Shown: piece by piece, positions 25,392 through 38,180 of the stretch
Layout of the letters: every line of letters starts with the position of its first letter
How positions within the stretch are numbered: the stretch's first letter is position 1
Assembly (NCBI RefSeq): GCF_006345805.1
Contig: NW_021826247.1
Location: 1 to 47,529 of the forward strand
DNA from: Octopus sinensis
Lineage: Eukaryota
Direction: 5' to 3'
Length of the DNA stretch: 47,529 nt
Translations under genes and position numbers: made by a program
Notes under the pieces: generated by a model
Told to the model about the DNA's origin: nothing
Database searches by the model: none
Seen by the model: only the letters and a program-made list of their open reading frames with translations

Positions 25392-25475
25392 ATTCCTGAT
25401 GAAGGGGACTTGTCAGTGTGAATCTAAATGAATTATATCTAATGGACTAATGGACTCCAGAGACGGCCGTCGAAT
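25392..25475 (+). ncRNA. Type I hammerhead-like motif, decayed
   Basis: ATTC-CTGATGA-A-GGGG..CTCC-A-GAGA-CGGCCGT-C-GAAT. Stem I is ATTC/GAAT, stem III is the palindrome ACGGCCGT, the triplet is GTC, and GAAA is changed to GAGA. Confidence 0.6.
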
Positions 25476-25849
25476 TGCTTTATATTGGCGTCATAACCCT
25501 CTATAAAACATTTCTTCGGAGCTTTTCTAAACATTTAAATCAATAATGCGGATTTACCACTACTGCCGATGTATCTTCTAACTTTCAATCCTTATTCCAA
25601 CATCTTTTAACCTTAAATTTAAATTTAATATGAATTTTAATCGATCGATCAACCTTTATTTATTTACCGATCTCATGCACATTTTTACTTCATATAACTC
25701 TTATTCCTTTCTAAATAATACATAAATATTTTCCTTATCATGTTATAATGTCATGTTATATCTATGTATGTATTTATGTATTTATTATGTTGATGTAAAT
25801 TACAAATATATAATGATCATCTAAATTTTTAACTCTTCCTATACCAATT

Positions 25850-26067
25850 TATAAAATATGCATGTATATATATATATATACTTGCAATATATGTTTCTAC
25901 GTATATGTATAATATATATGTATATATATAGAATGTATACATATACATACACACACACTCTCTCTCACACAACATATATATTCAAGCTATATAATGAATA
26001 TCATATACGTATTTCATTGCACTCACCATATATTGTACTGTGTATGCCTGTAATAAGTATGGTCTTT

Positions 26068-26143
<76 letters not shown>

Positions 26144-26259
26144 TATATAGATAGATAGATATACATATATATATATTAATACATACGTATGTGTATGTAT
26201 CTGTACGTATGTATAACCAACTCAATATATATTATTATATGTGAATATATATACTTTTA

Positions 26260-26300
<41 letters not shown>

Positions 26301-26325
26301 GCATATAAATGTATATATAACTATA

Positions 26326-26384
<59 letters not shown>

Positions 26385-26385
26385 A
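25850..26385. repeat. (TA)n-rich block
   Basis: Direct reading. Confidence 0.9.
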
Positions 26386-26756
26386 TATATTGATTGATCG
26401 AGTAACCTTTTATCAGCAGTTTTTTTCCGCCATTTAACTTGCTCCTGAGACAGGAAGAAAAACTGAGCTGATTGTGGAGGTACCTCTCCTTGACGTCTGA
26501 TAGCCGGGATCACAAGATTGGCTGAACTCATAAGCCTCATTGTCCATCGAGGTGAGTTTAGTAAAGATCGGGAAACAGAAAGAGGGTCAAATGAAAACAT
26601 ACGCACACCACCCGCCACACACACACACACACAGGTGCGCCCGCGCGCACACTCACATGCGCGTCTTCAATCGATGTTGATAGAAAAGAACGGAAACCGC
26701 AAGGATTAGATGGAAAGAAATTCTAGGTTAACATATGCGCAGACATATACGTACAT

Positions 26757-26794
<38 letters not shown>

Positions 26795-27250
26795 GTATAA
26801 TATATATATATATATATATTATATATACATATAGATGTCCTAAGATGTACGTATGTACACATACGCACATACAAGCAAATATGTATGTATATATATATAT
26901 GCATATATATAATTTAAAATTTAAAAATAGGATAAAATCTTTATAAGAATTTATCAAGTAGTTAGTGTGAAAAACCTCATAAGGGAAAGGTTTTTGATTA
27001 TTCTCTTTAAATATATTTATTTATATTAAGGGCATTACTAAATGCCTCACGGTATGAAGGACTCTTAAGATCAAAACTGCCATAAGAAATACAGTGTACC
27101 GAACGTGAATTTATTGAATAAATTTACACTTTAGTATTACAAGATATATTTATGCAATTTTCGTAAAGATAACTGTTAAAATGACTTGTCAGTTTTATTT
27201 TCATTTTTGCGTAATTTAGACGACAATGTATTCAACGCACCCTGTGTATG

Positions 27251-27284
<34 letters not shown>

Positions 27285-27485
27285 TACTGCTCTTTTTTTT
27301 CGAAATAACAGAGTATATATTCGGTCGAACCCAGATATTTTGCCACTTCATGATGATGGCCCTCATCTGCATTTACTGTACCAAAATAAAACTGATTCAT
27401 CCATACATAAAGAAACACGGGCCATTTTTGTTAATAGGCATCAGTTTTACCGTTTTAAATTATTAAGTAGTTATAATAATAATAA

Positions 27486-28290
27486 TGCTAATTATGCAAA
27501 AACAAACATTTATTTCATGTGATAATTTTTATCAACAAACATAACGGACTTTATAATGAACATGATACGTTTGGATGGAAATAATACAAAAATATGACGT
27601 TAAAATGTTCTGAATGATGGATGTATGACCCTCCACATGAGAGAACGTCCTTGACATGTTTATCAATTGAACTTGTCAAGATAATTATTTCATCTGGTGT
27701 AATACTTTTAGCAGCATCCAAAATAGCTTCCCAGAGCGCATCTTTCATTGAAAACTGCCGTCCATCTTGATATATCATCGTCTTCAGAACACGCCATAGA
27801 TTTTCAATCGGGTTTAAGTCGGGTGAAACGCTGGTCACTTCATCAAACAGTGTCCAGAGAAGCCTAATTGCTCTAGGAAGGGCGGATTATATAACATGAA
27901 TACCAGCATACTCTTTAATGAAACTTTGTGCTTCTTCAGACACGGCTTAAAATTGTCCTCCAAAACGGCAACATAGGCATTAGATACCATCTTAATTCCG
28001 TTTGGAACCTTCCAAAGACCAACCAATTTGTCTTCAATGATGCTAGCCCAAATCATGACTCCGTCTCCCTTTTGTTGGCGTCTCAAACGATGAGGATGAT
28101 TTCCTTTAATTCCAACCCATCCTTTTTTCCATCCATCCGGTCCGTCTAGGGTAGAACGGCATTCGTCAGTAAAGAGGACTTTTGGAAAATCTATCTTCGT
28201 GTAGACTTCTGTCCACTTGATTCTATTTTGTTTATGAACAACCTTCAGAGAGAGCCTTGTAATAGGTTTTACGTTCTTGGCTCCCTGCTT
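27486..28290 (-). mobile_element. Tc1-family transposon remnant (transposase catalytic region 27551-28290, disrupted)
   Basis: The ORF track shows VLFTDECRSTLDGPDGW, RRQQKGDGVMIWASI and SPDLNPIENLW, which are Tc1 DDE motifs. The N-terminus is missing. The left boundary (TAATTATGCAAA, TIR-like) is uncertain. Confidence 0.88.
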
Positions 28291-28361
28291 CACGTCGTGA
28301 CACCTGGTATATTTCGAAATGTCTTCCCTACTACAACGTTTAAATATTGCTCAACTAGTCA

Positions 28362-28580
28362 GACATATTTCGGTCATATTATGCGGAGAAAATCCCTGGA
28401 GGACATTATGCTCGGAATGGTCAGTGGCAAGAGAGGAAGAGGCCGACCAAGAACCCGCTGGCTTGACACCATCAAGAGTGATACCGGAATGGACATAGCC
28501 AATCTGAAAGAAGCGGCCTAAGATAGAACTGACCGGAGGATACTGATCCATGGAGTAACCGAGAGTCGACTTCGACTAAG

Positions 28581-28586
<6 letters not shown>
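28362..28586 (+). mobile_element. RTE-clade LINE 3' fragment, copy 1, followed by (TA)n
   Basis: YFGHIMRRKSLEDIMLGMVSGKRGRGRPRTRWLDTIK is a typical RTE C-terminus. Confidence 0.88.
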
Positions 28587-28642
<56 letters not shown>

Positions 28643-28646
<4 letters not shown>

Positions 28647-28855
28647 GCGGAGAAAATCCCTGGAGAAGGACATCATGCTCAGAATGGTCAGTGGCAAGAG
28701 AGGATGAGGCCGACCAAGAACCCTCTGGCTTGGCACCATCAAGAGTGATACCGGAATGGACATAGCCAATCTGAAAGAAGCGTCCCAGGATAGAACTGAC
28801 TGGAGAATACTGATCCAACGAGTGACCGAGAGTCGACTTCGACTGAGCGGATAGA
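28643..28855 (+). mobile_element. RTE-clade LINE 3' fragment, copy 2, followed by short (GA)n
   Basis: About 14 substitutions and one 3-bp indel relative to copy 1 by manual alignment. Confidence 0.88.
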
Positions 28856-29489
28856 GAGAGCGTCAGACACGTGTTCTTCGCAACTGCCCTCGTTATACGT
28901 GACAGGGTGTGTCTGGAAAGAACCAGCGATTTACCATTGTCAGCAGGACGAGAAATATATTTTGCATCGCCTGTGATTATCTCTTAGATAGTTTTAGAAG
29001 CGCAAGTGTGTTGTTCAAACAGATTTTCCTGTTGGTAATTGGCTAGAGAGTATTTCCTTCGGAATTCTAATATCACACATACTTGAGAGATGGCCTGATA
29101 CAGTAAGCTGTATTTCAATAAGGATGGATTCAATATCTGGTATGTTGCATTTTGTTAATGTATTGAGTAGTTATCCATGAAGTACTTCAAGTTTCATGTT
29201 TGGACAGTGCAGGAATATAAAGAGATTCAACAGAAAATGGCGCTCCGTACTTGATATGGCAAACGCTCAGGTTAATATGACATGGATTTTTTGTGAATGC
29301 GAGAGAACGATAAAGAACATCTAAGAAACGCTTCAAGACAAATGGAGTTAAGGGTTTGTCCCCCTGTTCACTCGTTAAAGAACGAATAATGATGGTCGTA
29401 TTAGTGGTGATCAGAATGTTCGGACGAAACATTATTACTTTGTTGAAAGATGGAGGTGTGTGCGTGTTGGATTGGTGAGTATACAATGT

Positions 29490-30258
29490 TGATAACGATG
29501 ATGATGATGACGATGATGATGATGACGATGATGATGATGACGATGATGATGATGATGATGATGATGAATATGATGATGAGGATGATGATGATGTGATGGT
29601 GCTGCTGCTGATGATGATAATGATGATGGCGATGATGATAATGATGATGATGATGATGATGTCGTTAATGATGATAATGCTGGTGCGCTTCTTCACCACG
29701 CATATCCTTGTCCCCCTGATTCCTTTCCTTTTCGTTATCATCCTCCTACTTGACATCATCATCATCATCATCATCATTGTCGTCGTCGTCTTCATCATCA
29801 TAATCATCATCATCATCAACATCATCATCATCATCATCATCATCTTCATCATTATCAACATCATCATCACTAACATCTTTGTTGTAATCGTCATTCGTAT
29901 CATCGGCATCATCGTGACGCTAGGGAAGGAAAAATCATCACCATCATCATCATCACCACGATTACGATGACGACGACGACGACGACGACCACCACCACCA
30001 CCACCACAATAATCAATATTACAGTGAGGATGACGTCCATCATCATCATCAATATCATCCTCATTATTGTCATCATCGTGATGATCATAGTGATGATGAT
30101 GATGATGATGATTATGATGATTATGATGATAGCGGTGATGACAGTGATGATTTTTATTTCCTTAGCTTTATCACCAATCCTCCCCAGTCCAACTGGCATC
30201 CTTCTCTTTCTTATCATCATCATCATCATCATCATCACCATCACCGTCGTCGTCGTCG

Positions 30259-30299
<41 letters not shown>

Positions 30300-30317
30300 T
30301 TCATCACCATCATCATC

Positions 30318-30349
<32 letters not shown>

Positions 30350-30521
30350 CATCTTCATCATCATCATCATCATCACCATCATCATCATCGTAATAATCAT
30401 CATCATGATCATCATCATCACCATCACCATCATCATCATCATCCTCGTCCTCCGCATCATCATCATCACCATCACCGTTGTCGTCGTCATCATCATCATC
30501 ATCATCATCATCACCATCCTC

Positions 30522-30552
<31 letters not shown>

Positions 30553-31155
30553 CCATCATCATCACCATCACCACCATCATCATTGTCATCGCCAACGCTT
30601 CTCCCCTTTTAATGTCTTTAAGATATGTACAGGTAACGATATTAACGACACTTAAACCCTTAGAAGTGTGAAATCTCTCAGGGATTGACCCTGCCTTGCT
30701 TTACTCTCTTCATTTCTTCCTTGCTTCCATCCATCCATCCATCCATCCATCCATCCATCCACCCATCCTATCTTCTAGTGAGGGGTGGGATCAGTAGCGA
30801 ACGAGGCAGGGGTGGGGTGCAAGCCACAAATCTAAATACCATTGAGATACCTTGTAGTACATCTTCAAATGTTCACCGCCAATATGTCTGACGTTCACTT
30901 TATGTTACATCTCGTTATGAATATTTTATTACCATTGATGATGATAATAATGATAATTATAGCAATAATAATATAATAATAATAATAATGATAATAATAA
31001 CAATAATAATAATAATGATAATAATAACAATAATAATAATAATGATAATAATAACAATAATAATGATAATGATAATAATAACAATAATAATAATAATAAT
31101 AATAATAACAATAATAATAATAATGATAATAATAACAATAATAATGATAATAATG

Positions 31156-31231
<76 letters not shown>

Positions 31232-31264
31232 TAATAATGATAATTATGATGATGATGATGATAA

Positions 31265-31296
<32 letters not shown>

Positions 31297-31305
31297 ATAA
31301 TAATG

Positions 31306-31350
<45 letters not shown>

Positions 31351-31400
31351 TCAATGATAATAATAATAATAATTATTATTATTATTGTTATTATTTATAA
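29490..31400. repeat. Large compound (GAT)n/(CAT)n/(AAT)n trinucleotide region
   Basis: Direct reading; short unique interruptions near 30600-30930. Confidence 0.9.
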
Positions 31401-31744
31401 CTATTATTATGATTATCGTTATGATTGGAATCATTGCCATTATTCTGTCTTTCTTTCTTTCTTTCTTTCTTTCTTCATCTTCTACTTCTACTACTACTAC
31501 TACTTCTTCTTCTTCATCCACTTCTTCTTCTTGTGAACACTAGTAGTTCAAGTAGTAAAGTTGTACGTATTTTTATAATCCTCCTCCGCAACATCATCAT
31601 CGTTTCTACTCCTGCTCCTGCTCCTAATACTACTACTAATATTACTACTACTCTAGTAGTAGTAGTAGCAGTAGAAATAGTAGTAGTAGTAGTAAGAAGA
31701 AGAAGAAGGAAACGGAGGAGGAGGTGGGTAATGTGACGGTGAGC

Positions 31745-31862
31745 AGATTCTTTAACACTCCATGTAAAATGTTCATCATCCTTAAAACAATGTTCACCAT
31801 CCTTTGAGCTGGATAGGCTACTCGACCTGAAGAAACTTCAATCTAGGTCTTCATATCCAGGA
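31745..31862 (+). mobile_element. Family D-like fragment, diverged
   Basis: CATCCTTAAAACAA..GCTACTCGACCTGAAGAAACTTC aligns to the middle of family D. Confidence 0.55.
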
Positions 31863-31968
31863 GCAACGTTGATTAAGCATTCGGTTTTCTTTTTAAGGCC
31901 ACTCTTTCTGAGCCACCTTCATGATGCTTCCTCGTTCTTTAATTTCTTTGTATTAGAGTGGAACTGAC

Positions 31969-32055
31969 CATGCAGAGAAGGGTTTCTTCTCGCTTGTTGG
32001 CTGTTCGTGATCGGAATTCATTAGCACTCTGGGGTCCATTTTCGGGTAAATCATT
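31969..32055 (-). other. Candidate 87-bp symmetric exon
   Basis: Acceptor TATTCTGTTTATGCAG| and donor ATG|GTCAGT. Open in two frames (NDLPENGPQSANEFRSRTANKREETLLCM or MIYPKMDPRVLMNSDHEQPTSEKKPFSAW). No recognisable homology. Confidence 0.3.
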
Positions 32056-32359
32056 CTGCATAAACAGAATACCGTAGCAGGTCTTGCTTACTATTTACCA
32101 AATATTCTGTCATATTTCTTCTTCTAATCACGATGCACTACCATACGCTAATCAGCCCAAGTCTACCTTTACACCTCTTCATGTAGAGCCTTCGTACGAT
32201 CGCCTTAGGTTTGAGAGCTCAATGCAACGTCATTATTTTTCGGGTAGTGCGATCGAGTCCGTTAACCTCCGCTAGTGTCGATTTCAGAATGTGGGCACTA
32301 TAGCAGATTACAGCAACAGTCCATAAGTAGATGGCAGTAACAAGGTCCCTTGAGTTCAG

Positions 32360-32369
32360 TTAATATTAC

Positions 32370-32448
<79 letters not shown>

Positions 32449-32476
32449 TTATTATTCTTATAATAATAATAATACA

Positions 32477-32510
<34 letters not shown>

Positions 32511-32687
32511 TTTTTATTATTATTATCATCATCATCATCCTCACCATCATCATTGTAAGCGGTAGTAGTAGTAGCAGCAGCAGCTGCAGTGGTAGTAGTA
32601 TTAGTGTTAGTAGTAAGTGTAGTAATATGTGTAGTAACAATTGTAGAATTATCATCACCATTATTATTACTACTATTACTATTATTA

Positions 32688-32730
<43 letters not shown>

Positions 32731-32927
32731 CATTATTATTATTATTATCATCATCATCATCATAATCATCATTATTATTGTTATTATTATATTATTATTA
32801 TTATATTATTATTATTATTATTATCATCATCATCATCATCATTATTATTATTATTATTATTATTATATTATCATTATTATTATCACCATCATCATAATCG
32901 TCATCATCATAATCATCATCATCATCA

Positions 32928-32960
<33 letters not shown>

Positions 32961-33073
32961 TATTATTATTATTATTATTATCACATCATCATAATCATCA
33001 ATCATTATTAGTATTATTAATTATTATTATTATATTATTATTATTATTATTATCACCATCATCATAATCATCA

Positions 33074-33128
<55 letters not shown>

Positions 33129-33148
33129 CACCATCATCATAATCATCA

Positions 33149-33206
<58 letters not shown>

Positions 33207-33207
33207 C

Positions 33208-33238
<31 letters not shown>

Positions 33239-33310
33239 CTTGTTGTTATTATTCTCATCCTCATCATCGTCATCATCATCATCATCATCATCATCACCAT
33301 GACCATTATA
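32360..33310. repeat. Compound (ATT)n/(ATC)n/(AGT)n tract
   Basis: Direct reading. Confidence 0.92.
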
Positions 33311-33450
33311 AGTCGTATTAATGCTATTAATAACGCTGGCCGTTTCTGTTTACGTACTATTAGCAATTGTACATTGAATGTTTATATGATGCGCAGCAAT
33401 GGCCGCTATTGTAAAGAGCATCTCTTCTCTAAGTGGCTATGTCACATTAC

Positions 33451-33479
33451 CTGCTGTTTATGGCTTCGTTTATGGCATG
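33451..33479 (-). other. Candidate 29-bp microexon
   Basis: Acceptor TTTATAGCTTTGTAATTACAG| and donor CAG|GTAATG; open in two frames. Confidence 0.2.
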
Positions 33480-33659
33480 CTGTAATTACAAAGCTATAAA
33501 ATAATAAAAGGACATCAGTTATAATTAATTAGTTGGTGACATTGTGATATTTTGGTAAACATCTCTATTATACGCCTGCCCTACTCCATTGTGTTTATGT
33601 TGGTGTGTGTCTGGTATGTCTCAGCGTCATCCGTCTCTCCTTCTCTGCCTTTTCTATTT

Positions 33660-33801
33660 CTCTGTAAATCGATGTCTATGTATGTATGTATGTATGTATG
33701 TATGTATGTATGTATGTATGTATGTATGTATGTATGTATGACTGTGTGCATGTGCTTGTATGCTTGTTTGTATGTATGCTCATATCATTCTAAGAATGTA
33801 A

Positions 33802-33851
<50 letters not shown>

Positions 33852-33971
33852 TATATATATATAATATATATAAATAATATGAATGCTCCTAGTTATGTCT
33901 GTCTGTATACATGTATATATTAATATGTATGTAATTATGAATGCCTGCATGTACGCGTCTAGGTGTGTAAG

Positions 33972-34011
<40 letters not shown>

Positions 34012-34140
34012 ATATATACACATATATACATATGTATATAGATATATAAGTATATACGTACGTATCTATGTATATATATGCATACATAGATACATACATA
34101 CACACACACATACGTACATACATACACATATATATATATG

Positions 34141-34187
<47 letters not shown>

Positions 34188-34260
34188 GCATATGGATGTA
34201 TGAGTGTATGTAAGTATATAGGTATATAGGTATTTACGTACGCATATATTTATACATCTA
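33660..34260. repeat. (TATG)n/(TA)n block
   Basis: Direct reading. Confidence 0.9.
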
Positions 34261-35124
34261 TGTATGGTGAAGGCTCAATGGCTTAGTGCGTACGTATGTA
34301 TATCTGTATGTATGTATTTATCTATGTATGTGTGGGAGTGTGTGTGTATGTGTTTGTGTGTAAGTATGTGTCGTATATATTCTCTCAAGCATATCCAGAG
34401 ATAGTGTTTGGTTGTATCATATGTTGTATATTTTTTCCTATGTCGCCGACTACAGCTGAGAATATGCCGTATTTCCACATATATATATATGTACGCATGT
34501 ATGTATATATGTATGTAAGTATGAATGTATGTGTATGCCCAAAACACACAGACATATCTACATATATACATATCATTCAAGGTATGTTCTCTTGAAGCAC
34601 GTCTGCTATCTATGTATCTCCTGACTACTATGTCTATATAAATGCTTTAACCAGATATAAATTTTGTATTATTTGCTTCTCTGCTTTGCTTAGACATTTT
34701 CTGACAGGAAATTTCTGAGGTGTTTATTCAAGATGAATAACTTTGTTATTTGATGCCTATTAGTATTTGAAACATGTGTAATGATGAATACTTAATACCA
34801 AAACTTTTTTCAAACTTCAGGATTTGTTATATATATACATATACACATACATAGATACATGCGTACATACACACACACACACATACATACATACATACAT
34901 ACATACATACATACATACATACATACATGCATACATACATACATACATACATACATGCATACATACATACATACATACATACATACATGCATACACACAT
35001 ACATAATTTCTTTGTAGAGGACCTAAAAATTTATTCTAAAAATGTTAACAATGCCAAAAAAAACCAACTGGATTTCATAAGATTTTCAGCTGAGATAGCC
35101 ATGGAATTTGGCCAAAAGAAATTC

Positions 35125-35513
35125 ATTCAGCTTCCTCTAGCTTCAGCTCACGAGCTGCGGCCATGCTGGGGCACCGACTTTAGAAATGTCTTGCTTAAAA
35201 GAGTGTGTGTGTCCGTGTGTTATCGACGAGGCACGAAGCGGCAATTTTACTTTCAAGAGTTCTCGGTATCGTGCACGAGTGCGCCGAGTTATGCGGCCGG
35301 TTGATTGCCGGGGAGTAAGTCTGAGTACGACGAAGACCACGAGTGTGTGTGTCCGTGTGTTATCGACGAGGCACGAAGCGGTGATTTTACTTTCAAGAGT
35401 TCTCGGTATCGTGCACGAGTGCGCCGAGTCATGCGGCCGGTTGATTGAACACGCGATCGAGTTGAACTTACAATCGTGAGGCGAATACCCTAAGCATTAA
35501 GCCACGCACCTCC
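35125..35513 (-). mobile_element. Composite SINE-like insertion: tRNA-like head + CpG-rich duplicated core + family A-type tail tip
   Basis: The minus strand starts GGAGGTGCGTGGCTTAATGCTTAGGG and ends ..GGTGCCCCAGCATGGCCGCAG... It interrupts the RT frame between GQK and KCSY. Confidence 0.65.
35201..35447. repeat. 107-bp direct repeat at 140-bp period
   Basis: 35201-35307 versus 35341-35447 shows 3 mismatches, with a 33-bp spacer. Confidence 0.95.
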
Positions 35514-36389
35514 ACAAATGTTCATATTTGTTTATAGAACGAGGAAACATCAGTCTCCCAAACGCAAAATGTGTGCATCAACAGTCTCTCTGTCTCCCCT
35601 ATTCCACACAAAGAATGTTACAGGTACCTAGGCATAGACAAAAGTGTATCATATGAAGGCACTGTGAATAAAGATAGAGTTACCTGAGAATATTACATCA
35701 GTCTTAGGAAAATATGGTAATTGTAACTTTCCTCTTACAACAAAACAATATCCCACAATGCATCTTCAGTACAGTGCTGATCTCAAAATTTGGGATACTT
35801 GATTGGTCTGTAGAGGAAATCCACTCCATAGATATCAAAACTCGCAACATCCTGATAAATGGGAACTTCCAGAGTAAAAGTGATGTTGACAGGCTCTACC
35901 TAAGAAGAAATTAAAGTGGTAGCGGCCTTAGATCACAGCAGACAGGCCTTCGAATGCCGTATGGTATCACTCAAGCAGTACATGCTGAACAACAGGGGCA
36001 AAAATAAATACATAAATGCCGTGCTGAAAATAGAGGTGGGTAAGGTTATACGAGTTGGCTGTGAACTCCTCAAGAAGCATTCTCTTCCTTATCATCTATA
36101 CAGCCCTAAAACAGCTGGGCTCTCTTACCTCGGAGAAGAGCTGGATACAAAAAAAAATTTTTTAATAGAAGACTATGAATGTGTATGTTGCCCGGAAGCT
36201 TGAAGAAGACAGTAGAATTGACACGAAGCGCAGCCTCCCTTGCACAAAAGACCGCTAGGTAACTTCACACTTTGAAGGATATGCGTTTGCAGTCCAAGAA
36301 CAGGGGATTGCCACAAAGTAGCTGGTGAACAAGAGACAGTGGCTCCCTTGTAATCCTAAGGTGCAACCGCATGTGTAGTCTATGTCCTG

Positions 36390-36465
36390 TTTCGACTAAA
36401 GCCCTTCACGGCGGTGCTCCAGCATTGCCGCAGTAAAATGACTGAAACAAGTAAAAGAAATAACA
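36390..36465 (+). mobile_element. SINE family A tail tip
   Basis: CGACTAAAGCCCTTCACGGCGGTGCTCCAGCATTGCCGCAGTAAAATGACTGAAACAAGTAAAAGA. Confidence 0.75.
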
Positions 36466-36796
36466 GAAATACAATTCATTTGTTGATCAATAAAAAACAC
36501 GTCTGAAACAATTGTAAGGAACCTCAGCACATTATTTATGTAGAAATACATATTGTATGATGTATAGTTAGATATTGAGAAAAAACCATCGGTATATATA
36601 TTCAAGTTATAGAATGCTGATGAAATCCCAATAACTAAAAAAAATGATTTGTCCATCCTTATTAAACAGAAATTCGTCCAGATGACTTGTTCTGTAAAAC
36701 ATGAAAATGTATTTGTATACACCTATGACTTGAAGTCTATTGTGTATTGCGTAATAGAAAACAGCAATGCTTTTACGGACTGTAATAATGCCAGTA

Positions 36797-36814
36797 GTAA
36801 TAGAAGTAGTAGTA

Positions 36815-36897
<83 letters not shown>

Positions 36898-36915
36898 TGT
36901 TGTTGTTGTTGTAGT
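36797..36915. repeat. (AGT)n then (TGT)n tract
   Basis: Direct reading. Confidence 0.95.
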
Positions 36916-37074
36916 TCTTGCAGATTTATTTAAGAATACCGTGTAGTAGTGATTTGATTGTCCTCGCTGATAATGCAGTTACGGGTGATGTTATGGTTGT
37001 TATTGCATCGCTGCCACGTAATACTTCACTGGCAAAATTGATCTTCAATTTTCCATTTCTCTCTTTCACTCGCA

Positions 37075-37290
<216 letters not shown>

Positions 37291-37431
37291 TATCTAGTTT
37301 TCTAAATGCATGTATGAATATATATACATGCAGAGATCCACACACACACACACATATACAAGCATAGGCATACAGTCACACAGAACATATATGTAGAAGT
37401 GTGTGTGTATATATGTATATATGTATATATG

Positions 37432-37497
<66 letters not shown>

Positions 37498-37524
37498 TAT
37501 ATATACATACATATATATATTCAA

Positions 37525-37736
37525 AATGTGACCGCGTGCGTATCGCTGGCGATTTTTTTCCTCCGTCTTCCCTAACTTGAATCTTTGCTTTTCCTATGTT
37601 TCTGACGAAGAGTTCCGCTCGAAACGTTAAATTCTCCTTCTTTCTTTCCTTTCTTGAGCGTCCAATAACACTATACTTGTTCCACGTCCTCGTGTTGTTG
37701 TAGTTTCTCTTTGTGTTTTCATGTTTGAATTAACTA
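37525..37736 (+). mobile_element. ~210-bp hammerhead-bearing element between (TA)n tracts (putative Penelope-type terminal repeat derivative)
   Basis: Homologous to 9478-9680; lies immediately upstream of a Penelope RT remnant. Confidence 0.7.
37595..37668 (+). ncRNA. Type I hammerhead ribozyme-like motif with an intact core
   Basis: CTGACGA (37602-37608), extra A, stem II GAG/CTC with loop TTCCG, GAAA (37621-37624), 5-bp stem III ACGTT/AGCGT with a 28-nt loop, and GTC triplet (predicted cut after 37662). Stem I is weak. Confidence 0.7.
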
Positions 37737-37746
37737 TATATATATA

Positions 37747-38092
37747 TACGGTCTCCCAAAAGTCCATGAGGATGAAACTATTAAGAATACGTTAAAAGAG
37801 CCAACTTCATGTGCCATAAACCTACAATAACCCACAGATCGTAAATTGGGACCAATCATAGCGAGCCGTGGGCTCGAACACACAGACTCAGCAACATTTA
37901 AGATTTATTACTGAAACTTATTTTAAAACACATAGCAAGTCTTGTAAGCGACGACCTGTACCTGTTAAACCACCTCCCAAAATTCATAAGCAATGTTAAC
38001 ATACTTGTACCTTTGGTGTGGCAAAGCCCTATACCACAATTCTACACCAAGAGGCAATAGATTTCTGGCTTGAGAAATTCTCTCATTTATTA
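37747..38092 (+). pseudogene. Penelope-like element reverse transcriptase remnant (N-terminal RT motifs)
   Basis: YGLPKVH, KLGPIIA, SLVSDDLYLLNHLPK and FGVAKPYTTI..EAIDFWLEK (cf. FYGLPKIHK, LRPIVA, SY.RD..DFL..LP, FDV.SLYTNIP..AI.FWL), with stops and frameshifts. Confidence 0.75.
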
Positions 38093-38117
38093 AGACAAAC
38101 GTAATTTTGTTTGTATT

Positions 38118-38180
38118 CATAACTGATGAGATGCCGGAGCAGATTCCCGCCCCGACATTCGAAACTCGGAGTTTTACTAT
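38118..38180 (+). ncRNA. Type I hammerhead-like motif with an intact core
   Basis: CTGATGA (38123-38129), imperfect long stem II (GATGCCGG / CCGACATTC), GAAA (38161-38164), stem III ACT-CGG-AGT, GTT triplet and 3-bp stem I TAA/TTA. Confidence 0.6.

Larger units (their letters stand above)
35002..36385 (+). mobile_element. R4/Dong-like non-LTR retrotransposon RT remnant, split by a SINE-like insertion
   Basis: HNFFVEDLKIYSKN..FSAEIAMEFGQK (cf. HLLYMDDLKLYA..FS.DI.MEFG..KC) resumes after the insertion as KCSYL..YRYLGIDK, then IDIKTRNIL..SDVDRLYLRR and EGYAFAVQEQGIATK. Many stops and frameshifts. Confidence 0.8.

Noticed and set aside
26454-26551. Plus-strand exon ending GAG|GTGAGT, or a minus-strand mini-exon reading SCDPGY
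   Set aside because: The plus candidate has stops in all frames and the minus candidate has weak splice sites; neither is supportable.
35201-35447. Repeat-spacer-repeat as a CRISPR array or hammerhead unit
   Set aside because: Only two 107-bp repeats in a eukaryotic context with no cas genes; CTGAGTA..CGAAG does not fit CTGANGA/GAAA.
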